Source of the DNA: Eledone cirrhosa
Lineage: Eukaryota
DNA: 64,000 nt
NCBI GenBank assembly: GCA_964016885.1
Contig: OZ024741.1
Coordinates: 212,474,001 to 212,538,000, forward strand
Direction: 5' to 3'
Part shown: positions 37,760 through 52,599 of the stretch, one piece after another
How positions within the stretch are numbered: the stretch's first letter is position 1
Layout of the letters: every line of letters begins with the position of its first letter
The notes under the pieces: generated by a model
The model's input: the letters and a program-made list of their open reading frames with translations, nothing else
Told to the model about the DNA's origin: nothing
The model's database searches: none
Program-made: the position numbers and the translations under genes

Positions 37760-39759
37760 ATTCAATAATTTTTCCAATGCATCTTAAGCCAGCCTCTGTT
37801 TACAAATACAGCTACGGATTTAAAAAGCTTCTATAAAGAAGGAATTGGTAGCCAGCGGTACATTAGCGTAATGGTAAATGCACTCATCCGGTATCCGCGA
37901 GATACAGGATTCGTTTCGTCACAGATGCCTGATTACGAGCATATGTACGTACTTATGTATCACAGACCAACGACACTCAACACATGGTGACGCTTGCTTA
38001 AGGACGCAGGTAAGCTCCTTCTACCTGCATGTGGTACAGTTCACGTTGTGCCTTTTGCTAGTGTTAGGCCACCGTCTGATAAAAATGCTTCCCAAAATTT
38101 ATTCAAGTCGGCAACCCCCACTTCCGCATTGCCCTGCCCCTCACCCCCACCTCAATGAACGTAGTGACTTCGTAACTCACTTCAATGGAAAACCAACGAA
38201 ATCTGCACTGATGTAGAATAAACTCAATCATAGAAAACTCATATAACCGTTGTTATAATTTACAGAACCGTGGTAAAGCGAATTGGTAGAGAATCGAACA
38301 AAACACCATGACATTTAGTTACTTCTTTTCACTTCATGGGTTCAAACCCCAACGAGGTCAACTTTGCATTTCATTCTTACGGGGTCGATAGAGAAAGTAC
38401 CTGTAAAATGTTTGTTTCTCAGGACGATCCATTTCAGTTATTTGACTAAAAAAGGCAATATGTTCAAATTCTGTTTGGATTTTACAACAATTTATCCAGA
38501 CCACTGTCTAGGATTTAGAGCTTTAGTGGCTCTAAATGTAATCCGAGCTAGTGCTACAGTACGTAATACGTCTGGCTGTAGTTTCATAGGTCGGAATTCT
38601 ACAGAGATAGCCTCATTTAGAGGTGATAAAGAAACGCCTGTAACATGAACAGCATATTCGTAAAAAATCACCGTGCAAGTGGGTAACTAATACACTGAAA
38701 CGTTTACCCATAATGTATTTCTCAGGGAGATTCAATGTGACATAATGTGTGACATAACTGACCCTTTGAATTACAGTAGCAATTAAATTTTGCCAGCTTA
38801 GTGTTTTGAAGTAATGTGAGATAGTGTTTTGCGAACAACCGCAAATACAACTAACGGCAATGCGATCGTAAATCGGGGTCAATTAATCGATTTTCCTTTG
38901 GCCTAATTTGCCGATCTTGTGCCTAAATTAGAAACGGTTATTATTGTTGTAGCTACTTGATCGATCAATTAACAGCAGGCACTTACCTCAGCAGATTGCT
39001 TACGTCCAGGAACTGGGGTTTTTATAGATTCCTTTGAAGAACTCCCGTACGCTACTTTCAATGAATACATCTAAAGATATGGAGGAAAAATAAATTTGAG
39101 GGAAGGGGAAGGTATAGAAACTGAGGAAAGGTTGGGGGTAGAGCGGGATGGGAGAGAGAGTGTGAGTGAGGAAGAGGAGCGAGTGAAAGGGGGATGGGTG
39201 TAGAAAGAGTGATAAACATGATCGAGAGAGAGAAGGTTGTAGAGAGAGAGTGAGAAATAGGAACGAGCGAGCGAGAGAGGAGAGAAGGTAGAGAGAGGGA
39301 AAAAGAGGAGTGAGTGAGAGACGTCAGGGGTATGTAGAGATAGAGAGAAATAGGAGAGAGCGAGAGATGGGAGAGGTTAGAGATAGTGAGAAATAGGAGA
39401 GAGTGTAAAAATGAGAGTGAGAAATCAGAGCGAGTGAGAGACGGAGTGAAGTGAGAGAAGAGAGGAAGGGACTGGTAATAGATAAACAGATGAAAGATGA
39501 AAATAGTAGAAGAAAGAATAACATGAATGGAAGAGGAAATAGGGCTTATGGAATATTGTAAAGATGTCTTAGGGACATAAAATATTTAATATAATATCTA
39601 AAGGAATATAAAACAAAAATCGATAAAGATCTTTGAATTGATTAAATACATCTAAAGAATATTACTTGTTGAACGGCACTTTTTGTATTTTCGATAGACC
39701 GACTGTAATCTTTACTGTAAGCTTGTCTGATGTATTTTGGAGTCGCACTTGTTCTGGAA

Positions 39760-40720
39760 AGTGACCTGTTCTAAGATTGTGTTAAAACTAAAGGAATGGT
39801 ATGGTAGAAAAGTAATGTTAGCTACAGTTGTACTTGTCTGGTAAGAGACTTAATCTGAGACCACATGTTGAAACGAAAGCAGTTAGAGCGGAAGAGTCGT
39901 TTTAGTAACATTTGTACATGTCTGGTAAGTGATTTGATCTGAGATCGTGTCGCGCTAAGATAATTACATCGTAGAAGAATTATTTTAACCACTGGTGAAC
40001 ATGTCTGACAAATGACTTGATCTGAGACTGTGTATTGAAACTAAACAATACATTATGGTAGAATCATTTTAGTCACAGTTGCACTATGAGTCTATCAGTT
40101 GTACTAGTCTAAATCTCAGATGGCATATTGAAATTAAAACCACTACAGTATGAAATATTAATTTTAGCCATAGTTATACATGTCTGGTAAGTGACTTAAT
40201 CTGTGTCCGTAAAAACAATTACATCATGGACGATTCATTTTAGCTACAGTGGTACTAATATAGATCTGAGACCACGTATCACAATTAAAACAATTACAGT
40301 ATGTAAGAGTCATTTTAGTCTGAGTCCGTGTGTAGAAACTAAAGCAATTACTTCGTGTAAGTGTCACATATAGCCACAGCTAATCTAGCGCTGGGGTTTG
40401 ATTCTTCGTCAGTCTCTTTTGCCCGTTTCGTCAGTCTCTTTCTCCTGTTGTTTCCATCACTCTCTATCCTTCTCTGGAAGAAATGTGCAGCATTCAAACC
40501 AGGTTATAAAATGCCCTAGAAACGCCGTATATCATTGTGGCGCCCCTACAACTCCCCCAGCAGTTACTGGTCCATACAAATATATTTGTCTGGCAAATGA
40601 CCTGATTTAAGACTATTTGTTGAACCTAAAACCACCACAGTTTGGAAGAGTCATTTTAGCCACAGTTGTACTTATCTAGCAAGGGACTTGATCTGAAACT
40701 TTAAAAACTAACTCAATTAT
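39760..40720. repeat. Degenerate ~84 bp tandem repeat
   Basis: ATCTGAG at 39853, 39937 and 40020; recurring TCATTTTAGCCACAGTTGTAC..TGTCTGGTAAG. Confidence 0.8.
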
Positions 40721-43700
40721 ATTCCGAAGGATTACATTTAGCTAGTCAAAATTAAACACAGAAGCTGTTAGGTTTTCTTTCAGCATTTATTTCTCAGGGT
40801 GTACAATACTTGTGATCTGGTCACTCTTACACATTAAGATTACACGATGTAATTGCTTGTCTAATGTATTTTCCTAGTCGTAAGATCAAATCAAATTTGT
40901 TTTGTCAACTTCCTACTACTTATATTATACAGATCTTATTGTTTTTTCCTCCGTTGTTAACATACAAGCTTTTATTCACGGACATATAGATAGCCATACA
41001 AGCTTTTATTCACTGACATATAGACAGAAATTCGTTTCCTAACGATTTTTAAAAAGTTAAATCTGCTGTGGAAGTTAACATCCAAAGTAATAATTACCAA
41101 GATTGTGTAACTTTATGTTTAAGATTTGTCAAATAATATTTTACTACTGATATACAAATGATTTATTTGTGTGTCCTTTGTTCGTCATTTCAATTTGTTT
41201 TATAAATGTATATATGCATTAAAGTTTTAAAGTTTCCGGTTATATGAAATAAAAAATGTGTCTCCTTTCAAGAAGGAAAATATGTCCTCTCCTTATGAAA
41301 ATTATAAAACTATCCAATAGTAATAAGTTTCTAATAAAAAATGAAATGTAAACATCCACCATAATTGATTATGGCATTTTCAAACTATTCTAACAAAATA
41401 GTCGTCTTCCTCAAAACTAGCCTCTAGTAAATGTATGACAATAATTGCTTCCTTAGCAAAGGATATCCTCACATGTTTAGAAGGAAATCATAACATGTCT
41501 GAAATATTCACAGATCAGCAATTTAGCATCTTAAGCGTCTGTCCCCAAAGTGAAGTGTAGAAAGTAAAAAGAGAACGAAAACCGACCAACTAAAACCCTT
41601 TCTCGAAATTTGTATAGTAAAATATATCATTTGTCTTCTAAAATGTTATCTTCTCGGGCGAAATTTTGTTGAAGAAATTCCCAGATGACCGTCAGAAATG
41701 TCTCAAAAGTTTAAATGTACACTTTCGAGATTACTTCCAGCGTGTTTAGAGATTATAAAGGTGGTGCTATAATGTTATTTTATGTACATTAATGTTTGAC
41801 AAGTAAATTTGCTGACACATGATTTCTCTAAAGCAAAACTTCCATAGCATCAGGAAAACAATGGTTCTATTAGTCTTTCCATTGCCGTTACTATCCGCCG
41901 GTCACAACATCTGGCAGAAGAAGGTGGGGTTTTAATTCAGAACACAAATAAGCTGGAATAGATACCGCAAGGCATCGCGTCCGACTCTTTAACAATTCCA
42001 CCAATTCACTGGAACTTTATTTATGGACACCGTAAGGATTAAATGCAAAGTTGACCCCCAACAGAATTTGAACTAAGAGTGAAATGTGTCAGATTAAATA
42101 CAGAAATATTTAAATGGACGCCATAATAAACCTTACGCACATTTCCTCAAAATATTTCCTTTCCATTATTAAACAAACAACACATTAATTTGAATAGACC
42201 AACGAATCTACTTCAATATACTCCAGCCCATGCTGTTAAACTAATGAAAATGTGATGGGGTTGAGGTCTTTCACTCTATGAATCAATATCTTGGATGTGT
42301 CAGTATGTTCAGAAAAAGTGTGGAGCAGAGTTTTAAGAAGATTATTTAGAAACCAAGAGCTTTGATAGAAAGTTCCGTATATTTCTGAGACACTGGATGT
42401 TATGTCTAGTTTGGATTATGTTTTGTGTCTCTTAATACGGTGGGTCTTACTATTTCTGGTTGGAAAGTTACATTTAATTTTGATATTCTCTGCGGCTGTA
42501 AACATTTGTGTAATTGATGTTTATAGTAATCTGAAGCTAGTTAGATGTCATTCCACTGACTTTCATATAACGAAATCTTCCTTAGATGTTAGAAAGCCAG
42601 TTCAATATATGAAATGCCGTTACATTAATCCAAATGTTTGCCAAAATCATGAATGAAAACCTTCGACTCAATCTAAACTCTATTAAATACTTATGGAAGA
42701 TCAACAATTCTGCCAAATAAAAGCAATGAATAATATTTTACGGCACTTCTTCATAAAAGAAACCGCAAAAATATGATGTAATGTAATTGAAAAAGTTTCT
42801 TGGCATTATGATTTTAAATGAAAGATAATCATTTTTGCACTATCGATTATTAGAATTCTGTCATGAATTTAAACCTAGCGAAGCCCGTCTCCTCTCCGGG
42901 TCTGGACACACCAGATGTCGTTCAGAGAAGGATAGAGAGTGAGAGAGTGAGAGAGTGAGAAAGAGATATAGAGGAAACAATAGACCCGGTACTAGACTGG
43001 TTTGTTTTTATCGATCTCAAATAGATGAAAGGTAAAGTTGACCTCGGCAGGATTAGAACACATAGAGTAGAGAATCGTAACGAACATTACGAAGCATACT
43101 ATCCAACGTTCTATCGACTCTACCAATTCGTCGCCGCATATATCTCCATTAAAGCTTCTTTAAAAAGTGCGATTGCAATCTATAAAACATACACTGAGGT
43201 TTTCCTCTTCATATATACACATACTGTTATAAATGCCTTGATATATCTTTGTGTGGAGCAAAATGTTGGGTCGATGCCAAATTTACTCTCACAGAAACAA
43301 TGCACGAGTGAGCAAATCTGCATATATGAATGTACGAAATATAATTACTAATTCATAACACTATGATAACCTATTGCTCACTGCATCGTATCTTTTATCA
43401 AAGTTTTATATCATATGTATTGCTCTCATGATCATCATTAAATTGTTCAAGATATCGAGAAACAAAACAGGGCAGCTTGGTGGTTGTATTTAGAGTTTGG
43501 ATGTCTGCGAGTGGTTTGGAAGTAGGCTCACGCAACAGCAGCTCACAACATTAGCAACAAAATAACTACAATAACATAGCTACTGTAACTGCAATAGAAT
43601 AGCCACTACAACTGCACAACTGCAACGAAAATAACCATAAAAATAAATTTATTTTCACACAAAAAAACATAACAAGAAAATAACAACTGTAACAAATAAA

Positions 43701-43859
43701 ACATCTTAAACAACATATATATTTACATAAATGGCAACAAAAACTACAAAAGTATCTACAAAAATGTTGCAATATGTTAGCTTATAAGTTACTACAGCAC
43801 ATATTTAACTATAGGACAGTTGAAGAAGTTGGGAATAGAAAACACGTGAGACGGAAGTT

Positions 43860-44143
43860 TAGTGGGCAGGGGGGTCGAATTCGCATCCGCTGTATGCCGA
43901 AAACTCTTCAAATACCGGTCGCTCTCTGACAGGTTTGCGGTTGTACCCTTGGCAGTGGAGACTTCTGGTGTCCTCGGCCCTAGGGCTACCTCCCTATTAA
44001 CCACCATAGGCGCTGAGCTGGCCAGCCAGAGATGTGAGCCTTGCGAGCTGGAATGGCTTTTCCAGCGCGTCTCCCTTTCAGTCCTCCAGGGAAACGCCTT
44101 CTCTATTCTATCAGCCGAGGCTGAGGGGAGGCCTCCAATATGA
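43860..44143 (+). pseudogene. CRE-clade restriction-like endonuclease C-terminus
   Basis: K..KY..L...F..VPLAVETSGVLG..WLFQRVSLSVLQGNA..IL motif typical of CRE-type elements. Confidence 0.8.
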
Positions 44144-44439
44144 TTGACTCTCTTGTCATTTTATCAGTTAGATGTTTTTAGACCAGTGTTATCATTAGAC
44201 CAAAACGAGGCTCATCACATGGCCGCCATTTTTAAACTTTATTCATCAGTCCTGAGATGTAAAACAGATAAACAATCGCTGTAGGAATCATTAAGCGAAT
44301 TTGTACTTCGAAAGCGTTAGGTTTGACTATTAAATAGTTAAACAGAATAATCAATCGAAACTATACAGTAACCCGAGAAGATATTTCCCCACATGAAACG
44401 AGGACTTGACATAATCCTTATAAGAAACATACCTAATAT

Positions 44440-44883
44440 CATCATACTCATCAGAAAGAAAAAGATACTAATAATCATTACTAATATCCATCATCATCAT
44501 AGCCTTTGTTATTACCAGCATCATAACTATTATTGTCATTAACGTCTTTATCGTCATCAAAGCCATCATCATCGCTATCATCATCGTCGAACTCATCATC
44601 ATCATCATTATCATAATCCTCATCATCCTCTATCATCATTATTGTCGATATCCTCCTCATCATCATCATCATCATCATAACATTTCTATAATCCCCATAG
44701 CTATCATCACCCTCGCTATCATCATCATCATCGTCATCATCATCACCATCCTCGCCTCTGACATAACTCTCGCCACCCTCATCAACCTCGTCATCTTGGC
44801 AATCAACATCATCATCATCACGCTCCACCTCCCCCCTACGCCTCCTCCTCCTCCTCCTCCTCCTCCTCCTCCTCCGCATCAGC

Positions 44884-44944
<61 letters not shown>

Positions 44945-45010
44945 CCAACAACATCAATACCCTCAATAGCATAATCATCATCAATACGATCGTCATCAAC
45001 GTCATCATTA
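44440..45010. repeat. (CAT)n/(CCT)n low-complexity tract
   Basis: Read directly from sequence. Confidence 0.9.
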
Positions 45011-45234
45011 TAAACGCCTCTTTGACTACTATCCTTGTAGTATTGTACAGTTAGTTGCCTTATATATCTGAGGAGTTATCGTACATGTTAACCTCTTGTA
45101 ATCTTCACATCTGTTGAACGTATGAACAACAGATTTTTCATTATTTATGGTGAAATAGTTTAACCTTTCGTCTTTTAAAACTATTCTAAAACTGCATGTG
45201 TTACTTTACACGAACTTACCGACATCGCTGCATG

Positions 45235-45277
<43 letters not shown>

Positions 45278-45382
45278 GCATACATATGTAAACGTACGTA
45301 TAAGTACACATATAGATGTATATTATTATGCATATATATATACACGTATCCATATATAAAAGTATACATAAGTATATATTTG

Positions 45383-45424
<42 letters not shown>

Positions 45425-45488
45425 TATTGCTAAATATATCCTATACATACATTCATGTATGCATCCCTATTTCAGAGCACCAATCCTA

Positions 45489-45528
<40 letters not shown>

Positions 45529-46178
45529 GTGTGTGTGTGCGTGTGTGTGTGCGTGTGTGTGTAAGACTATATATATATATATATATGCCTATATGTAGAA
45601 ACATATTCCTTTTACTTCACACAACGATGCTATTACATGAACAACTTAACTGACTGTTTAACGAGTGTGATTCAGTGCGTGTTGTTATGTACACATCGAA
45701 CGGGCGTTTATCTCTCTTAGCACTTTGATACGGCTGACATAACCGACATTGTTATCAGAGATTATTGTACGTATATCTTTGATAAGAAACACGATTAGTA
45801 ATCATTTCATCTTCGCTTTGCATCGTTGTGTTTGATATCATTATATCTGTAGCAGGAAAAGCCAGCTAGCTACTCCTCAAGAGAAGACAACTCTTACAGT
45901 AAAAGATGAGATGATAATTCTTATACACTATTATTTCAACAATCAATATCACATGATCACATGCTTCAAAGCCAATGGCTGTTCCTTGTTCATACACATC
46001 ACTAAATACTCGCTGATTTAATTGTGCTTGAAGATGTATTATATATACATTATTATATATACATTATCGTTCAGAATTTAGTATCATCATGAGAAACAAT
46101 TACTACAGTTTCAGTTTGGCATATATATATATGTATATATATATTTATACAAAAACACACTCACACACACACATATAC

Positions 46179-46245
<67 letters not shown>

Positions 46246-46254
46246 TATATATAA

Positions 46255-46383
<129 letters not shown>

Positions 46384-47534
46384 TATATATAAGTATATAT
46401 ATATAAGTATATATAAGTATATATATATAAGTATATATAAGTATATATATATATACATATATATATATAGTTATACTTTGGGAGGGTCATGTTGCCAATA
46501 AAAAATCTTGCTAAACAAATTCAGAAACTACATATATATATATTTGAAGTATATATATAATTGAAGCTATTGAGAGGAGGCTATATTTATCTATCTATCT
46601 ATCTATCTATCTACACACACACACATATATTTATATATATATATATACATAAATAATTGAAAGGAGGCTTAAAATATATATGTATAAATATATTCAGTAC
46701 ACTGCGTTACACAATAATATTAGTTTTATGTCCTATGCAATGAAACAATGATTCGATGATAAACAACAACACACACTGGCATAATCAAATTCTAGTGACT
46801 TGGCCTTCCCAGATAACAAATGTGTATTCACAATCTGATCTAGTTATACAATGGTTTAATTGACCAGAAATCCTGTGCGAGATCGATTGTTTGGGAAGCT
46901 GCATCACATTTCTGGAAATACATCTACGCAACAGATCCAAGCATGGATCAGTAACACTGAAATCCTATCATTTAGGAAATAAATATACGTGTTTGCAAGA
47001 ATCTTATTGATTTTGTACAGAATTAACCTTTTCTCCCGGATACACAAGTAGTTTTCACAACCAATGAAAAACATACCATTCCGTTATTAATTATAGAAAA
47101 ACTAAGGACTTACCATTCTCCAAATTTTGATAGTTTGATCTATTGTATGCAAAGTTTGACCCACACCTAGAGGCGGGCAATTTGGATATTTAATGGAGGC
47201 TATTTGAAAATGATGTTAATGTAAACAAACAGGTTTTACTTTATTACTTTTACACCAAGGTATCTGCGGTACACATTTCTGTTGGAAACTCCTGTCTCAC
47301 CCTCCTCCATACAAGACATGTCATTGTGCATCTGGCACCATCTTCACGCTAATTTGTTTACCTATTGCAGTTGATTATAGTTATTTCTATATCAAAGTGG
47401 GGCATTTCATATCAAAGATGGATAATTCATATCAAAGCGATGCATAATCATTTTAGAGATGTTGAGAAGGGGCATGGTGCCCAAACTATTAGGAACCACT
47501 AGTATATACTTATACTCTCTGGACTTGTGAAATA

Positions 47535-47674
47535 ATTGTTTCAAATTTTAGCACAAGGCCAGCAATTACCCAGTGTATTGTTGGTGCTTTATTTCATCGA
47601 CCCCGATAAATGGACGTAACTATGCTGGAAAGAATGGCGTCCGACCCTCTACCGATACTGCCAATTCACCGCCC
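47535..47674 (-). mobile_element. SINE-A copy with internal deletion
   Basis: Family homology; TSD TTGTGAAATAAT. Confidence 0.8.
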
Positions 47675-48573
47675 TTGTGAAATAATAATGATGGATCCTC
47701 CGTCGGTGGGATTTTGTTGTGCGATCAACTCGTGAATTTTACATACTGTTGTGTATAGAGGAGTTTAAAAACCTTATCATCTAGCTATGCTAGCGGCAAA
47801 TTGGCAGAGTCGTTAGAACGTGGAATTGAATGATTTGCAGTAATCGTTTAGATTCTCTTCTCTCTTAGTTCAAATTCCGCCTTTCATACTTTCGAAGTCG
47901 AAATAAAAGTACCAGACTGGTTCTGGGGTCGATTCATCCTCTATATATCTTTCTTATTTCCTTTCTCCAACTATCGAACATTCTCTGAATAAAATCTTGT
48001 GTAGTCAGATTTTCTGACGGATGAACTCCATCAGCTCAGAAATGTGTCATGTAAAAATAGCGCCCTATGACTCCTTCAGGAGTTACGGGACCACGCTAGC
48101 ATCTATCTCTGTTAGAAGATGTATTTCAAAAACAGCACAACTCAGCATCGTTACTCCAATGTTTAGATATTATTTTAATTTCTATGTTGTCTACAACAAC
48201 ATGACGGTAACATAGACAACATAGAATTTAAAACAAATAAAATAAAGATGGCGTAGATATACAATACAACAGGAAGAAGATAATAGCACCACTGACGATG
48301 TTGAAGATGTGCAACGAAAGAACTTTGTTAGATGATATATATATGTTTATATCTATATTATATCTGTATTTTTGACCGTTGGTCAGTCAATGATAAACAT
48401 TGAGGACCGAATGAGTTAACTGATATAAAAGATACAGAAGCGAATACCAACCAACCAAACAGAGAGTGTGTTCTGCTATTAATTCTGACAATATTATTAC
48501 AACAATATGACCCTCCCCAAGTTTAACAATATTTGTTTTGACACACGATTTCATATAAAAAACATCGCAAAAG

Positions 48574-48613
<40 letters not shown>

Positions 48614-48687
48614 TAAAATAACAGATTAAAATTTAAGCAAAGAATCGCTGCTTTCACCCTTAACGGGATCTTCAATTTTATTATTAT

Positions 48688-48718
<31 letters not shown>

Positions 48719-48762
48719 CTCGTTTGAAAAAAAAAGTACTATTTCGATGGCTGTTGACTCAG

Positions 48763-48960
<198 letters not shown>

Positions 48961-48981
48961 AGTGTGTGTGTGTGTGTGTGT

Positions 48982-49612
48982 GGGTTTGGTGGAGGGCCGA
49001 TTTAAGGAACGCTTCCTGAACCACCAGTCGCCCTTTAGGTACCGGAACAGACATTCATCCACGAAACTCGCGAGCCACGTATGGTCCCTCAAGGACTCAA
49101 GTATGGACTACTCCATCCAATGGAAAGCCATCACTAAGTCCAAGCCATACGCAAGGGACAATCCATCGTGTGGGCTGTGTATTGATGAACGAATAAATAT
49201 TCTAAAGAGATTACGCAATAGCGATTGCGTAAACTCAAAATGAATTATTCACACGTTGTCCACACGTCTGGAAACACCTCTTACATAACGACAAAGCTTC
49301 GGATTTAATTACAACAACATCCTATTTTTCTTATCAACTAGAAACTTTCGGACTTTCGCAGTTATCTCCCTTAAACCTCTCGCACGCAATTTAATATTGC
49401 GTGAGTGAATTGACCGTTTATTCGCATGACCGTTCGTACGGTTATCCTTCCTGTTCCGTACAACCATGTCCATTACGAGCTGAGGATCCGCTAAGATGAA
49501 ACAATTGTTCTCGGTATGGTGAACTAACTGTTGCGCAACCACATCTACCTAACTCGTTCCATGGACTGAGTGCTCTACCACTACGGATATTACCTTCCAG
49601 TGTTCTACCACT
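48982..49612 (+). mobile_element. 5'-truncated Penelope-like element (Naiad/Chlamys-like GIY-YIG) between (TG)n and (TA)n
   Basis: [38 protein letters not shown], then after a frameshift ELFTRCPHVWKHLL; followed by a hammerhead and tail. Clade assignment is from memory. Confidence 0.8.
49470..49519 (+). ncRNA. Minimal type I hammerhead in the PLE pLTR, probably decayed
   Basis: CCAT TACGAG-CTGAGGA-T CC GCTAA GA T-GAAA-CAATTG-TT-CTCGGT ATGG; palindromic stem III, weak stem II, GUU site. Confidence 0.65.
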
Positions 49613-49659
49613 ATATATATATATATATATACAGAGGAGAGAGATAGATAGAGAGAGAG

Positions 49660-49705
<46 letters not shown>

Positions 49706-50081
49706 GAGAGAATATATATATATATATATACATAGCAGAGACAACGGCCATCCAAATAATACATTTTTTTACGTGGGAGTGAAAGGCCCCTAGTTTTTGT
49801 AACAACATCTTTCTAAGAGAAGGAAACTCTGAAAAAAAACCTGTGGCTTAGGAAATATCTGATAACGTTGACCAGTTATCCTTTTCGGGTAGTGTTTTCG
49901 ATGCTCAGAGGGATTGGTCGACTGCAAGGCCTTTCCCCGCTTAAAAAACCTTCAAAGCACAAGCATTATTGCTTGTTCAGGACCTGTTACGGGTTCGTGT
50001 GGCTGGCCGTAGCCTAAAAGTACAACGAACTCTGTAATTTGACAAGCGATTGCAATACACTTAGCAATGTTTGCAGCCATC

Positions 50082-50188
<107 letters not shown>

Positions 50189-51546
50189 GATAAATCTACC
50201 AAGAGTTTACGGTAGTGTCCAATCCGTATGAAGAACTCAATGTATTCCGGATATCATGGAAAGAAGAGATGTAATGAAAATCCAATTTCGGTGAAAGATA
50301 AACGGTATACAGAGTCAAGATAAAATATTAAACAAATAATGAACAAACAATTCCTTATATTAAACAAAAAAAGTTCACTATTTAACGATCGTTTCTAGGG
50401 TATATATGTGCTATAATTGGTATGCATATTTACATATATATATATATATCTTTCTCTCTCCTTTTCCTCCTCTGGCGCACCCGAACTCCACCGATGTCCT
50501 ATAATTCAGCGCCGAAGCATCGGATCGGGAAACATTTACAGCTGACGAAGAAATCTCCTTTCTTCCTTTCTCCTCTTGTTTAGTAACCACACACCTCCTC
50601 TCGTTTCATATATATATATATATATATGTAGGCATGTATATAGACACCATTTGAAATACGAACACATATTTACGCTGACACTAAAAGTGGTTATAAACAT
50701 ATATGAAATATATGAAATATAATAAATTGCTCCGAAGAATCCAAACCTCGGTTTGGAGGAAACAGCTGTAAGCACAATAATGTTTTGAACAGTTCTTTGA
50801 TTCTTATATTTCATATAACTGCTCTGTAAATCATGTGATGTTTTTACATTGAGCTACTTAACTTACTGGTAATAAGGTAGTAATACATTACTGCCTACCA
50901 CTATTTGGGGTGTGTGTAAAATACTTATAACTGCTTAAGGTTTTGTATTTACATAACCATAAATAGTATAACTAATACTATACACATATATGAATTCTTG
51001 CTTGTACATTTTGGGGAATTTGTTTTCAATTTGATGGTATCCATTTAGACAAGAAATGCCAATAGTTCTCCACCCATAACACATGCATACACCCTTTATA
51101 GACTTCCTTTCACCTGCTCTCCAAAATCTCTAATTAAATGTTAAACTGATTCGTGTCATTCTTACACATGCACTATTTAAAATTTCCCTGACTCACCTTT
51201 CTAAATTATTCACGTTCTTTCTCTCTTTGTTTGCTCTTTACTCTCACTCTCTCTCTCTTTCTTTCTCTCTCACTCTCTCTCTCTCTTTCTCTTACACACA
51301 CACATATGCACACGTACACACACACTCATACACACTCATATATATATATATACATATACATATGTATACATTTATACATATATATATATGTGTAGTGTGT
51401 GTGTGTGTGTGTGGGGGGGGGGGGTGTTTGTGTATGTGTGTGTGTCTGTGTGTATGTATATGTGTGTGTATGTGTGTGTGTATGTGTGCCTGTGTGTTTA
51501 TGTCTATGCAATCCGTATTATAGTTCTGCAGCTATAATGAAGTGAA

Positions 51547-51600
<54 letters not shown>

Positions 51601-51729
51601 ATTAGCCGTCGAAACGGCTTGAGCTCAGCTGTCGGGGTCTTACTGGTTCCTATTACCCACTCTACTACCTCAAGTATTGAGTACTTTGGTGCGTTATGGT
51701 CCACCTGGTTCCTTACCACATTTCCTTCG

Positions 51730-51780
<51 letters not shown>

Positions 51781-52599
51781 CGCATCCCCACAACACACAC
51801 ATATAGTACATTGTATATATTTATATTTAAGGCTTAGTGAATTCTCATTCGGCGACCTGTACTGCACCGGCCCAGAAACATTAAGGCTAATTTCCTCACA
51901 CGTTAAGATCGACTCTGTCTTTCTTACTGTGTTTTACAACACAATTATACAGAAACATGGCCTTCTAGATCTTGCGGAAGGATATGTGGGGAGGAAATTA
52001 ATTTTACGTAAAAGAAGATTCATCGAAATTCAATACGATCAATAGGTTGTGGTGGATGGGTGTTTTGCACTATTAATTATTTCTCATAGCCAGAGCAGTT
52101 CTTGATAGTTTTCAGAAAAAAGAAAAATCCAGAGGAAATTACTAAAGTGCTATATTAATAACTAGAGTAGAGAACGCGATAGTAATGCAACATTCTTTTA
52201 TATTTAATAATATTTTGGTTGTTGCTGCTGTTGCTGTTGTTCTTGTTGCTGCTGCTGTTATTGTTGTTATTTTGATGGATTGGCAGCATCAGTAGGGCGT
52301 CGGACAACATGCTTGTAGCATAGAGTTATGGCTCTTTACGTTGTGTGTTTATACCCCGCCGAGGTTAGCTTTGCCTTTCATCCTTATGTGGTCGATAAAA
52401 TAAAGTACCTGTGTCGAACTAGGGTCGTTTTATCGACTTTTACCCCCCCCCCCAATTGTTGGGCTTGTGTCTATATTAGGAATCGCTATTATTATTGTTG
52501 TTGTTGTTGTTGTTGTTATAGATTAGCTGTATTGATAGAGCAGGGGATTAGATGTACCGGTAGAGCGGCGGACAACAGGATTTGTGCGATCATATAGTG

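Noticed and set aside
37852-37925. tRNA-like sequence (TAGCGTAATGGTAA..GGATTCG)
   Set aside because: Acceptor and T arms do not pair; at most a decayed tRNA or SINE head.
44481-45008. Met/Arg/Asp-rich ORF
   Set aside because: Product of (GAT)n/(GAG)n low-complexity DNA.
49241-49243. TGA ending the GIY-YIG ORF as possible selenocysteine
   Set aside because: The conserved continuation (ELFTRCPH) is in another frame, so a 1-bp deletion in an A run explains it.
50375-50610. Partial hammerhead-like words (GAAACGATCGTT on minus, CTGACGAAG on plus)
   Set aside because: No complete core with closing stems on one strand.
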